From Macrostomum lignano (lineage: Eukaryota), in assembly GCA_002269645.1 (NCBI GenBank), contig NIVC01001954.1:62001-126000 (forward strand): a stretch of 64,000 nucleotides of DNA, given 5' to 3'. Below the pieces are notes generated by a model. It saw nothing but the letters and a program-made list of their open reading frames with translations, was not told the origin of the DNA and made no database searches. A program made the position numbers and the translations under genes. Shown piece after piece: positions 1 through 12,252 of the stretch. Positions within the stretch are counted from its first letter, which is position 1, and each line of letters begins with the position of its first letter.

Positions 1-3000
1 AACACGCCGTGCGTCAAGTTTCGCTTGCACGCGGCGGCCTCGTTTGTGTTCATCGGCCTGCTGTCCTACGTGATACTGCACGACTTTCAGGTGACCAGCG
101 GCTCTGGGAAGGGAGCAATCGATGAGGAATGAAACTGGGAAGTGGGAAATCAGCACTGTTTCTCGTCCAGAATCATGGATCGGCAATCTTTTATACCTTC
201 AGGGCCAGATAGATATCCAGTTCATTGCTGCAGGACATTTTAATTGATTTAATTGGAGGGGCCGTAGCCCAGCAGTCTAGCGCGGCGCTCCCATGTTCCA
301 ACGGCCCAGGCTCGATTCCAAGTGCAGTCACATTCATTTGGGGGCTAAATTGGAATCTCGGCCTGGCTCTGCTCGTGCAATTAACGGTCTTGAGGGCCGA
401 CCCCCAATGCACAGTAAAATGTACATGCCTAACGATAAATAACGCTGGGACCGCTGTACACTCCTGTGTGAGTGTGTGCCTGTGCGTATGACTGCGTACG
501 TATCCGCGCGCTTGTGTGCCTGCTCACTGTGCTCAGGGGCGAGTATATTTTTTGTCGTGATAAATCTTAGAGGTGTAACTTAATACGCAGCGTACAGTAT
601 TGTTTAACTTTCATTGTCTATGGTTGAGGTCCACAGAAGGGGTAAACAACGGGGAGAAAAAGTACAACGATAAATGGATAATCAAGCTGCTACAAAGAAC
701 TGCTACACAGCAATGCCTCTCGCCGGTTGTGTGACAATGCCACTTAAAGTGCGCCAGGGTGCACACTGCTACCCTGCCTCTAATAAAAAATGGTTAATTC
801 TATAGATTTGGTACTGCAGACGAGGAGGGAAGAAAGGAACACGAACAAAAGATAAGAGGAAGGAGACAGAAAAAAAAGATGTGAAAGGGAGGAGCGAGGA
901 GAGATTATAAAATATTTGTGAAGAGGTGGAGGGAGAGAGAAGAGAGAGCAGAGCAGAGAGGAGATGGGGGAGAGAGAGAAGAGAGAGAAGAGCAGAGAGG
1001 AGATGGGGGAGAGAGAGAAGAGCAGAGAGGAGATGGGGGGAGAGAGAAGAGAGAGCAGAGAGGAGATGGGGGAGAGAGAGAAGAGAGAGCAGAGAGGAGA
1101 TGGGGAGAGAGAGAGAAGAGAGCAGAGCAGAGAGGAGATGGGGGAGAGAGAAGAGAGAGAAGAGAGGAGATGGGGGGAGAGAGAAGAGAGAGAAGAGCAG
1201 AGAGGAGATGGGGGAGAGAGAGAGAAGAGAGAGCAGAGAGGAGATGGGGGGAGAGAGAAGAGAGAGGAGAGCAGAGAGGAGATGGGGGAGAGAGAGAGAA
1301 GAGAGAGAAGAGAGGAGATGGGGGGAGAGAGAAGAGAGAGAAGAGCAGAGAGGAGATGGGGGAGAGAGAGAAGAGCAGAGAGGAGATGGGGGGAGAGAGA
1401 AGAGAGAGGAGAGCAGAGAGGAGATGGGGGAGAGAGAGAGAAGAGAGAGAAGAGAGGAGATGGGGGGAGAGAGAAGAGAGAGAAGAGCAGAGAGGAGATG
1501 GGGGAGAGAGAGAGAGAGAGAAGAGAGAGCAGAGAGGAGATGGGGGAGAGAGAGAAGAGAGAGGAGAGCAGAGAGGAGATGGGGGAGAGAGAGAAGAGCA
1601 GAGAGGAGATGGGGGGAGAGAGAAGAGAGAGGAGAGCAGAGAGGAGATGGGGGAGAGAGAGAAGAGAGAGGAGAGCAGAGAGGAGATGGGGGAGAGAGAG
1701 AGAGAGAAGAGAGAGCAGAGAGGAGATGGGGGGAGAGAGAAGAGAGCAGAGAGGAGATGGGGAGAGAGAGAGAGAGAAGAGAGAGCAGAGAGGAGATGGG
1801 GGAGAGAGAGAAGAGAGAGGAGAGCAGAGAGGAGATGGGGGAGAGAGAGAAGAGAGAGGAGAGCAGAGAGGAGATGGGGGAGAGAGAGAGAGAGAAGAGA
1901 GAGCAGAGAGGAGATGGGGGGAGAGAGAAGAGAGAGCAGAGAGGAGATGGGGGGAGAGAGAAGAGAGCAGAGAGGAGATGGGGAGAGAGAGAGAAGAGAG
2001 CAGAGCAGAGAGGAGATGGGGGAGAGAGAAGAGAGAGAAGAGAGGAGATGGGGGGAGAGAGAAGAGAGAGAAGAGCAGAGAGGAGATGGGGGAGAGAGAG
2101 AGAAGAGAGAGCAGAGAGGAGATGGGGGGAGAGAGGAGAGCAGAGAGGAGATGGGGGAGAGAGAGAGAAGAGAGAGAAGAGAGGAGATGGGGGGAGAGAG
2201 AAGAGAGAGAAGAGCAGAGAGGAGATGGGGGAGAGAGAGAGAAGAGAGAGCAGAGAGGAGATGGGGGAGAGAGAGAAGAGAGCAGAGCAGAGAGGAGATG
2301 GGGGAGAGAGAAGAGAGAGCAGAGAGGAGATGGGGGGAGAGAGAAGAGAGAGCAGAGAGGAGATGGGGGAGAGAGAAGAGAGAGCAGAGAGGAGATGGGG
2401 GAGAGAGAAGAGAGAGGAGAGCAGAGAGGAGAAAATAAAAAAAGTGCGAGAGGACACAATGGAGGGCGGAGCAAGTGGCCAAAGCTGTGCTTTGAAATAC
2501 GAGGTTAATTCAGCTCCAGCTCCGACTTTAGACCCCTGTCCAAATAAATGCAGTCAATCGAAGGATACAAAATGTTTACTAATAATTTTGGAGGATCTAA
2601 AGTTTAAACAAGAGATTAAAGATCACTGGCGCTAATCGGCAGTCTCCCAACCCTTACAACGCGGAGTGCCCTTTTTCATTTTCAGGGAGACGCCAGCCCC
2701 ACAGAGGTGTTCTGCTACCTGACCCTGCTTGGCGTTCTAGTCGAGGAGCTGCGCGAGGTGGTCTCCGCTTGGCGCCAGGAGACACTGGCGGTCTACCTGA
2801 CTGATGGCTGGAATGCCATGGACCTGGTTGCAATCCTCTGCGGCTTCCTGGCCTTTGCAGCCAGACAGATGGATTCGCAACACCTGCTGGTGCTCGGCGA
2901 CATGCTCAGCGAGCACGGCAAAGGCTGGGGCGACGTCAGCTACGTACTGATAGTCATCACCACGCTGATCTTCTGGATTCGCATCCTCTACATCTCAGTG

Positions 3001-4434
3001 GTGCTCGAGTCTGTCGGCGTCAAGCTGAAGATGCTGTCTCTCATCGTCAGAAAGGACTTCATCCCGTTTCTGTACATCCTTGTGGTGATCATGGTGGGAT
3101 TCGGAACCACTTTCCACGCCCTCCTGTGGCCAAATGCAAAGTTCTACAGCCAGGGCCGCATCAACGAGATCCCAACAGCGGAGATTCTTGTGGAAATGTT
3201 TCACAGGACCTTTTATACTATTGTTGGTGAGTAAATCAGATGAAAGAGATGCGCAGTCGATTGCTCAGCCGCAGCTATTGCGCGGCGCATCTGAAGGCTG
3301 CGTACGGCTGTTCAGTCCAAGGACTGGGGGGTCGCCACACACAGCCTCAATTACCCCAGCTAATGCTGGCACCCATTTTACAGCTGGGTGAACTGAAGCA
3401 ATGCAGAGTTAAGTGTCTTGCTCAAGGATATAAATTATTCCGAGTGGGTTGAGAATCGAACCCCCGACCTTCAAGTCGTGAGTCCGACGCTCTGACCAGT
3501 AGGCTACAGCCCCCTAACACGTCAAGATAATAGACGATTTACAAGTATATAAGCATGAATAACTAAAAGCAGACTCATAAACTCATACACACGCTCACAC
3601 AGGGAGCACAGCGGCACTTGACTTTCTCATCGTGACTCACCAAGTGTACGTACATTGAGCCCCAAATTAATGCGGTCACGCGCTGAATCGAACCAATGTA
3701 CTTTAGCCGACGCACTACCCCCCCCTCAGTGGGCAATCTCTTATAAATTTATGATGCTCAACCTATCGCTACTGTCTCGAACTTATTGCTACTGAGCAGG
3801 CGAGTACGGCCTGGACGACCTGAAGAAAGAGTGCGACGCTCCAACAAGCGCCAACGTGTCCACCCAGCTGGCAACGGAGTCAATGATTGCAGAGAAGTGC
3901 GTCGGCTTCCCTGGCAATGTGCTGGTGCCGTACGGTCTCATGGCAGCGTACATAGTGATCGTGCAGGTGCTTCTCCTGAACGTCATCGTGGCCATGTTCA
4001 GCAAGACCGTCGATATGGTCGACTCCGAGTCCAAGTCGCTCTGGCTATTTGAGCGCTACGACCTCAGCCGGGAGTTCTCCAAGCGCTCCCCGCTGCCGGC
4101 ACCGCTCAACCTGCTGTTGGAGGGCCGCAACCTGACGGCCTGGCTGCTGGTCTCTCTGCTACGCCGCCTCATCGGTCGGGCGCCTCGACGCCGCACAATG
4201 CTAGACGTGCTGGCGCAGAATACCAGGAACTTTGTGCACCTGTTCTACCTGTACTACCAGTCGGTCACACTGAGAAAACTGCGCAACCGGCTGAGCTGCA
4301 CCCGCTGGCAGCTGGAGGAGGATGAGTTCAGCCAGGAGGGCTTCGCACTGCTCACCCGACTGGAGGAGCTGCGCGCTGCACTGGAGGGCGCCAGGATTGA
4401 GGAGCGGCGAGGCACCGGCGGCAGGGACGATTAA
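1..4434 (+). CDS. TRPM: TRPM-family cation channel, 3' part (exons <1-90, 2686-3226, 3800-4434); TM segments S1-S6, pore, TRP helix and short coiled-coil tail
   Basis: Spliced translation: NTPCVKFRLHAAASFVFIGLLSYVILHDFQ|GDASPTEVFCYLTLLGVLVEELREV..DGWNAMD..IFWIRILYIS..TFYTIVG|EYGLDDL..YIVIVQVLLLNVIVAMFSKT..LWLFERYDLSREFSKRSPLPAPLNLL. This matches the TRPM pattern (EKIRE, WN..D, LLNLLIAMF, W.FQRY, P.LPPP). GT/AG junctions at 91/2685 (phase 0) and 3227/3799 (phase 1) keep the frame. Confidence 0.9.
258..490 (+). mobile_element. tRNA-derived SINE, family B
   Basis: Head GGGGCCGTAGCCCAGCAG..GGCTCGATTCC (A-box and B-box like). Body CATT(C/A)ATTTGGGGGCT and tail CCGCTGTAC.CTCCTGTGTGAGTGTG recur in reverse at ~3585-3725, and the tail recurs at ~45875-45925. 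Confidence 0.6.
925..2432. repeat. Polypurine (GA-rich) minisatellite, ~34-39-bp variable unit GAGAGGAGATGGGGGAGAGAGAGAAGAGAGAGCA, in a TRPM intron
   Basis: Direct inspection. It produces the E/R/G-rich and L/S/P-rich pseudo-ORFs. Confidence 0.97.
3264..3513 (-). mobile_element. tRNA-derived SINE, family A (full head)
   Basis: Minus strand GGGGCTGTAGCCTACTGGTCAGAGCG..GGTTCGATTCTC (A and B boxes), then CCTTGAGCAAGACACTTAAC..CACCCAGCTGTAAAATGGGTGCC, which from memory resembles the conserved central domain of widespread metazoan SINE superfamilies. A second copy lies at 45653-45863. Confidence 0.85.
3585..3725 (-). mobile_element. Degenerate SINE family B copy adjacent to the family A copy
   Basis: Minus strand GGTTCGATTCAGCGCGTGACCGCATTAATTTGGGGGCT..CCGCTGTGCTCCCTGTGTGAGCGTGTG, similar to 258-490. 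Confidence 0.5.
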
Positions 4435-4910
4435 GTCAAGGACTACTCAAGTAGAAGGACAGGAAACTTCGTTTCTTGCAAAATTTTACAAGAAATTATA
4501 ATTAGAAAATTATAATTCTATGTAAATTGTATATCCTCCGTACAATCGTACATGCACTGCGCCTAAAAATCATTAAAATTATGGCACAAATCGACTCATT
4601 GGCTTTATGAATCTACGAGTATTTTATCATTCTTAGCTGAATGACTGAGCAACAAAGTTTTTAACATGATGAAAAAATCTATTTCTAAAATCAACAGAGC
4701 CGTGCCATTTTTTATGATTGTTAGATACAGGACATGTACGTAGGGTATAGCATGAACATGAAGACACATCAAAATATGAACATTGGGTCTTCCTAGCCGT
4801 TAAAAGACCCAATTATGCTGTAAAAATGAAAACCTCCCATCTACGCAATGTACTACTTCAGTGAAACCTGCCTTTTAAAATTTCCCAAAAACGTGTTTCC
4901 CGTCCATCTA

Positions 4911-5277
4911 CTCGAGTAGTCCCTGAGTAGTCCTTGAGTATTCCTTGAGTAGTCCTTGAGTAGTCCTTGAGTAGTCATTGAGTAGTCCTTGAGTAGTCAT
5001 TGAGTAGTCCTTGAGTAGTCATTGAGTAGTCCTTGAGTAGTCCTTGAGTAGTCATTGAGTAGTCCTTGAGTAGTCCTTGAGTAGTCCTTGAGTAGTCCTT
5101 GAGTAGTCCTTGAGTAGTCCTTGAGTATTCCTTGAGTAGTCATTGAGTAGTCCTTGAGTAGTCATTGAGTAGTCCTTGAGTAGTCATTGAGTAGTCCTTG
5201 AGTAGTCATTGAGTAGTCCTTGAGTAGTCCTTGAGTAGTCATTGAGTAGTCCTTGAGTAGTCCTTGAGTAGTCCTTG
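4911..5277. repeat. 11-bp tandem array (TTGAGTAGTCC), ~33 copies
   Basis: Direct inspection. Confidence 0.97.
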
Positions 5278-5850
5278 GATTGAATGACGGAGCAAAGCGA
5301 CTTGCAATCCGCTCTAGGCTATATGGATCTCTTATGGAGCAGCAATTCCGATTTTGTTGCGTCATAGTACACGCATGTGCAATTCCCGTAGAAAATAATG
5401 AAAAACTTGTCAAATTTATGCCAGAAACGATGAAAGTAGCTCGTAAATCAGAAGTCGTGCATCGGCAGTCACGGATATTCTCTGGTCAGGTAGCCAAGCA
5501 GCCTTTTTTACTTTGTTGATGTGCAGTAAAAAAGTTATAATCGGAGAAACCAAAGTTTTTTAGTGACAAAAAGTTCTATTTCTATTTTTCGTTCTAGTGG
5601 ACTACTTGCTGTCATTAGGATTTTTTGCGCGTGCGAAGTATTCTCTTCTAGAAAGTGAATAATTTAGACGTTGAGAGACTTTTGTTTAATTTGTTTATTA
5701 TCCAGACTTTATAGTTGTTATATCAATTAGGATGAAAACAATTTTGTTCCTTTCCCCTTCACAAATATTTTGACTCGCGGTGCCGATGCATTAAACAGAA
5801 ATTTCCAAATCTTCCGGCCAAATTGTGGGTGCAGCCGACTCTCAAAGCAA

Positions 5851-8116
5851 TCAAAGTCCCATTCGGAACGCCAGTCTGCCAAAGTAGTAAGTTATCAGAG
5901 CAGCCAGGACCACGAAGGCCAAGGGAACTAAATAGAAAATGGCCTGCTTCTTAGAATTCTCATAGTTCTGCGTGTTGATGGCGATGAGTTGCTCCTCAGA
6001 TAGGGGAGAAACTGCGGTGATGGGCGCCTGGCTCGTTTCAGAGGCTGCTGCTGGCGACGTGGTGGTCGGCGTACTTGTGGTAGTTGGAGTAGCTGTGGTA
6101 GTTGGAGTAGCTGTGGTAGTTGGAGTAGCTGTGGTAGTTGGAGTAGCTGTAGTAGTTGGAGTAGCTGTAGTAGTTGGAGTAGCTGTAGTAGTTGGAGTAG
6201 CTGTGGTAGTTAAAGTAGTTGTGGTGGTGGGTGTAGTCGTGGTGGTGGGTGTAGTTGTGGTGGTGGGTGTAGTTGTGGTGGTGGGTGTAGTTGTGGTGGT
6301 GGGTGTAGTCGTGGTGGTGGGTGTAGTTGTGGTGGTGGGTGTAGTCGTGGTGGTGGGTGTAGTTGTGGTGGTGGGTGTAGTTGTGGTGGTGGGTGTAGTT
6401 GTGGTGGTGGGTGTAGTTGTGCTGGTGGGTGTAGTTGTGGTGGTGGGTGTAGTTGTGCTAGTCGCGAGATATCTTAGGGGAATGCAACAGATAAACTGTG
6501 CCGAATGAGGAGAGAAGACTTGCTCCTTCAACTCTCTGGTGCTGTGCTCAATGACGATTCCGTAGTTTGACGCTGTTACTTTCTGCTTGAAATATTTGTC
6601 ATATAGAGGCAATCCTGTCGCGCGTAACTTCGGTCCATGGGTGTTGTTCAACCTGTACGGTGGTTCTTCGTATGCCATCAGGCAACCGTCAGAACATCCG
6701 CTTTTGATGGAGTTGAACACGCTGGATTATCAATAAATGAGGAAATATTCTACATCGGCACTTATCCGAGTGTTAAATCAGATTCAGACAGTCAGCACAA
6801 CTCACGAACTGAAAGCTGATCGAGCAGCGGTCTCAGTCAGATCGATCAGCGTCTCTCCGCTGGTCAGGCTGCAGGTGGTCGGCGCCTCCCAGAACTTCAT
6901 AGAATAGCCGCCACGTCGAAAGCAAAAGGAGCGGCCGTCGCTCGAGTTGGCGCAGGTGTAGCCAGAAGCCGATGCTGGGCAGCAGGTCAGGTTGGATATC
7001 GGACACACGCACGCTGTTATCTACTTTTATCGAGCTCCAATGAGTCACGTTGACTGTGGTGTCCGTGATCACACCGACTGTTGGGTTGGCCTCTGTGCTG
7101 GTGAAGACTTCGCTAGACGGGCTCACGTCGGTGCTGGAGACGTACAGCTGACTGGTCTGGCTGCGCCACGCAAACACCCTGTCTGCCGGGCTGGTGCGGG
7201 CGGCCATGCTGGCTCCGATCCAGTACCTTGACGCGCTGATGCCGCTGCAGATGGAGTAATAAAAACTATGTCGATGAGCTGAGAAGTTATTTTTTAAACT
7301 TTTGTGTGTGAGTGTGCAGCATGGGTTAATTTAACTAACGTCTTTCCAGACAGTTAATTAGCTCGTAGGAGACAAATGTTTTGGCAGAAACGCAATCAAA
7401 ATTGGGCAAACGTTAAATATCTACAAACAAACAGATAGATCTTAGAAATTTAGTGTAACGGTAAGTGGGTTGATGGTTGGGACACAAGCGGATCAGTGCG
7501 TGCTCAACAATAAATGCAAGTGATGTCTGATATCGAACATCGATCAGAGTCGAAGGCAAAGGTGAGTTTTTTATTTAAGATGCAGTTCGAAACCAAATTG
7601 CGTCGTAAACGCACGAACAACTCGAGCAGCAATCGAAGGGAAATCATTTCTTGAGTTAGTCGACCAAATCGATTAATTTAATATGGTGTTTTTAGCAATA
7701 ATCTTCACTTGTCTATGTGTTGTGTATATTGTTTGAGTATGGTGCAAGCAACAAATATTTTCGTAGTCCTTTAGGGCGAGACACTCTTCTCTGGTGGACT
7801 TTCCCAACTTCTCTGCTCTAAACTGACTTCGTGACTTTTCGTTTCCCAGCGTCGTTTGTACTCACCTGGTCAATGTTGTAAAATTATCGTAGAACAGTTC
7901 AAACGATGGCTGATCCAAATTCTGCATCCCGAAGCTCGAGCAGTAGGTGCCCACATAGGCATCGTCACCCAGAATGCTGATGTTGTAGCATCGGTCCGCC
8001 TTGCACAGCACCGCGGAGCTGAGGACCTGCCCGTCTGTCAGCCTGCCTGCCGACAGGATGATGGCGCACACAGCCCACAGGGCTGCCAGCTCAGTAAGCT
8101 GGCTTCGTTGTAGCAT
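5851..8116 (-). pseudogene. C-type-lectin-like/mucin-stalk membrane gene, copy 1 (exons 8116-7866, 7244-6806, 6721-5851), frameshifted by a 17-bp deletion in exon 2
   Basis: Same three-exon, phase-2/phase-2 structure as copies 2 and 3, but exon 2 is 439 nt against 456 nt. CATGCAGATGGCGTAGC is missing at ~7011, giving a premature TGA at 6833-6835. Exon 3 (lectin half, PTTTTT stalk, TM) is still open. Confidence 0.85.
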
Positions 8117-10163
8117 TTCAGACTACTCTGACACAGAGGCAGTTGTGAGCAGCGTCTAAAGTTTCTGTATTGTTCCTTGGTTGGGAATTTCACGAATTTA
8201 AAGCCAACTCTAGCGCCAAGCCAACCCATTGTATTCGCGTTCCATTGTCGTTGGATGCGCAGTCCGCACTTTTCTTGCCTCGCCCCCTCCTGCATCGCTC
8301 AGGGAAAATTCCACAAAATTCTAGATTCTTAATCTTCTTTGCAGTTCCCAGTGCCGCAGCCGTTCCACCTCCCCCCCCCTCCAACCGTGACGCCACGGGC
8401 CGCCTACGTTTTGCCTTCCACTGTATGGGGTGACAAGCAAAATTTGCTGGAACTTTCAAGAGTTCCACCCACGCAGTTCTTAAATATGATACAACTAACG
8501 CATCAGCTACCAAGTGGTTTCTAGTTCGTAATCATAAGCAGCTTTGTTGGCATGCATCTTACATCAAATTTGCGATTCTTTGAAAGTTTTTATGTCTAAA
8601 TCGAAAATGCTAACACTTTTGTCAACAATATCTGACAACTCAGGATGCTGTGAATCGTTGCTCAGATACTGCAAAACTTTGTTCAGCTTTAGATTAAAAA
8701 GCAAATTTGTGAAAATCGTTTCAACCAAACCGAACTTATGATAACTTCAGCAAAAGCTGACGCAAAACTCTGCTGTCTGTTGTGTGCAAACTGACACATG
8801 TAGGCCAGCCTGAGTTGTCTGTAAAAAGCCGAGAAGAGAGAAAGACCGCTGCTAGTAAGAGGATATTTAATACTAATTTATGAAAAATCTTCTTGATAGT
8901 TCACTTTTCTCCCCGAAATTCTTTAGAGTAAGATAGAAATCAGAACATTCAATGTGCAATTTAGAGTTTGCATATCTTTTGACTGTTGGTTCACTTACCT
9001 GCCAATTAAAAACATTAAAAATACTTTTAAAAACCATGGGAAAATATTAAAGCCACTGTGACTTTTCTGTGCGAATCTTTTACCGAATGAGAGTGGGACT
9101 TCTCTCCCACTTCAGTCGCAAGTGAGTGGCTAAAGCTGGGGGAGAGTGAATACAGGAAAGGGCGAGATTCTGTAGAGATCTCCAAAATATAGTATAAGCA
9201 GGCTACTACGCTCGTAGAAGTAGTAAGATAAAAATATGTAAAACACAAATTTTAAATTTCACGCGTTCAAACTCCACTTTTACTAGTATCATCACGAAAA
9301 CAGTGAATGACCATCCTATTGTGCGAAAGACCGGCTCTCAACATCTAATTTTAGAGCTTCCAAATATGGTATGGTAAATGTTAACCTGAAATTGACCCAA
9401 ATCTCAACCTTTCTATTAAAAAAGCCCATCCTCAATTAAACTATAAAATTCCTTTTGTAACCTCATAAAAACCTGTTGAGCCCAAGGTCGGCTCGAGGTC
9501 CGACTCGGAGCAGCCTCATGAGAACTTGAGATTTATCCAGAACTAGAATCAAAACGAGACTACATCTCCGAGAGAAGTGTATACGAATCAGTAAGCCTTT
9601 GTTGAAGTCTTTGTTATTTTATTATCGAGAGGTGAGTCATTGCCGGCCGTTACTGATCAGTTGATTTCTATTGAGTTCTTGAATTATAGTCTCTCTCTCC
9701 CTCGTCAAGAAAGATAGTAAAAGATAGAAGTATTAGCTGATTCTGCTGTTTGACAATGACAATAATCACTCAGAAAAAAGCAAGTCATACTACTATGAGC
9801 AGATAATTGACTCCGATAGAATTTTTCGCAGCCTGACATCTCCTCAGTTTTAAAACAGGTTTTAAAAAGGCAAAGACGAGACAAAGAAGTCTTTTAACGA
9901 TGCATTAAAGAGACAAATTCCAAAGACCCGATGTTTTACTTTTAGTTTCCGTGTCAAACAGTTGGAAAGAAACTTTTTAATCAGTAGTTCAAAGAAATCG
10001 AGGTCTATAGTTTCAATTCTAACATTATTTAGACGAAAAACAAACAGTTATTTTCTTCCCAGTTCAGAATTCCAGTTTCAGTTTGACTCGCGGTGCCGAT
10101 GCTTCAAACAGAAATTTCCAAATCTTCCGGCCAAATTGTGAGTGCAGCCGACTCTCAAAGCAA

Positions 10164-12252
10164 TCAAAGTCCCATTCGGAACGCCAGTCTGCCAAAGTAG
10201 TAAGTTATCAGAGCAGCCAGGACCACGAAGGCCAAGGGAACTAAATAGAAAATGGCCTGCTTCTTAGAATTCTCATAGTTCTGCATGTTGATGGCGATGA
10301 GTTGCTCCTCAGATAGGGGAGAAACTGCGGTGATGGGCGCCTGGGTCGTTTCAGAGGCTGCTGCAGGCGACGTGGTGGTGGGCGACATTGTTTTGGGGGG
10401 TGTGGTTGTGGTGGTTGGCATAGTTGTGGTGGTCGGCGCAGTTGTTGTGGTCGGCGCAGTTGTGGTGGTCGGCGCAGTTGTTGTGGTCGGCGCAGTTGTG
10501 GTGGTCGGCGCAGTTGTTGTGGTCGGCGCAGTTGTGGTGGTCGGCGCAGTTGTTGTGGTCGGCGCAGTTGTGGTGGTCGGCGCAGTTGTGGTGGTCGGCT
10601 CAGTTGTTGTGGTGGTCGGCGCAGTTGTGGTGGTCGGCGCAGTTGTTGTGGTCGGCGCAGTTGTGGTGGTCGGCGCAGTTGTGGTGGTCGGCTCAGTTGT
10701 TGTGGTGGTCGGCGCAGTTGTGGTGGTCGGCGCAGTTGTGGTGGTCGGCGCAGTTGTGGTGGTCGGCTCAGTTGTGGTGGTCGGCGCAGTTGTGGTGGTC
10801 GGCTCAGTTGTTGTGGTGGTCGGCGCAGTTGTGGTGGTCGGCTCAGTTGTTGTGGTGGTCGGCGCAGTTGTGGTGGTCGGCTCAGTTGTTGTGGTGGTCG
10901 GCGCAGTTGTGGTGGTCGGCTCAGTTGTTGTGGTGGTCGGCGCAGTTGTGGTGGTCGGCTCAGTTGTTGTGGTGGTCGGCGCAGTTGTGGTGGTCGGCTC
11001 AGTTGTTGTGGTGGTCGGCGCAGTTGTGGTGGTCGGCGCAGTTGTGGTGGTCGGCGCAGTTGTGTCAGTAATGTTGACCAGAAGAGTGCACACAAACTGA
11101 TATGAACTGGAACTGCCCTGCTCTTTTAGATACTGAGTACTACCTTTTTCAACGACAATCACTCTCTGGGAATCGGTTGTTTTCTCTCTTAGATATCCGT
11201 CCTTCAAAGCGAATCCATCAGCTCTCAGGTTGGCGCCATAGCTGTCATTGAACCTGTACTGCATTACCTCGTATGCCATAAGGCAGCAATCGTACTGACA
11301 GCGGGTCTTGAAGGAGTTGAACACGCTGGAATACGAGAGTAGCATCCACCTACATGCGCCTCGTATGTATATAAATATCAAGCAGTTCGAGCAGTCAAAT
11401 AAGCGACACAGCTCACCTTTGAAAGGCCACCCGAGCAGCGGTCTCAGTCAGATCAATCAGCGTCTCTCCGCTGGCCAGGCTGCACATGGTCGGCGCCTCC
11501 CAGAAATCCTTTTTGGAGTCGCCACGTCGAAAGCAAAAGGAGCGACCGTCGCTCGAGTTGGCGCAGGTGTAGCCAGAAGCCGGTGCTGGGCAGCAGGTCA
11601 GGTTGGATATCGGACACACGCACATGCAGATGGCGTAGCCGCCGTCATTTATTTTTCTAGAGTTCCAATTAGTCACGTCAACTGTGGTGTCCGTGATGAC
11701 ACCGACTGTTGGGTCTTCCTCCGTGCTGGTGAAGACTTCGCTAGACGGGCTCACGTCAGTGCTGGAGACGTACAGCTGACTGGTCTGGCTGCGCCACGCG
11801 AACACCCTGTCTGCCGGGCTGGTGCGGGCGGCCATGCGGGCGCCAGTCCAGTACCTTGACGCGCTGATGCCGCTGCGGCGCGGAAAGTTTCGGAGAAAGT
11901 TAGCTCACTGATAATTCACTGATGCTCTTGATTTCAGCCCAAACGAGTTGCTGTCAGTTGCGCTAATTAGCTAACTATTTACAAGTTCCAGTCACGCTCA
12001 CCTGGTCAGAGTTGCGGTATTTTCGAAGAAGAGTTCAAACGATGGTTGGTCCAAATTCTGCATTCCATAACTAGAACAGTAGGTGCCCACGAAGTCTGCG
12101 TCTCCCAGAATGCTGATGTTGTAGCATCGGTCCGCCTTGCACAGCACCGCGGAGTTGAGGACCTGCCCGTCTGTCAGCCTGCCTGCCGACAGGATGATGG
12201 CGCACACAGTCCACAGGGCTGCCAGCTCAGTAAGCTGGCTTCGTTGGAGCAT
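10164..12252 (-). CDS. Type-I membrane protein: signal peptide, two divergent C-type-lectin-like domains, long Thr-rich mucin stalk, TM and short tail; copy 2 (exons 12252-12002, 11872-11417, 11325-10164)
   Basis: Signal peptide [29 protein letters not shown]; CKADRCY..YC..YWTGA..FAW..AICMC; second unit GYTC..SFCF..FWEA..MC..YQFVC; ([13 protein letters not shown])n; [23 protein letters not shown]. Junctions are GT-AG and in phase. Confidence 0.85.

Noticed and set aside
769-2635. Six 500+ aa ORFs on both strands
   Set aside because: They are translations of a stop-free GA minisatellite inside a TRPM intron.
3440-3513. Possible tRNA gene
   Set aside because: It continues into a SINE body shared with 45653-45863 and lacks a clean acceptor stem and terminator.
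5824-5840. 14-bp match GTGGGTGCAGCCGA between the lectin 3'UTR and 57217-57230
   Set aside because: Matches of this length are expected by chance in 64 kb.
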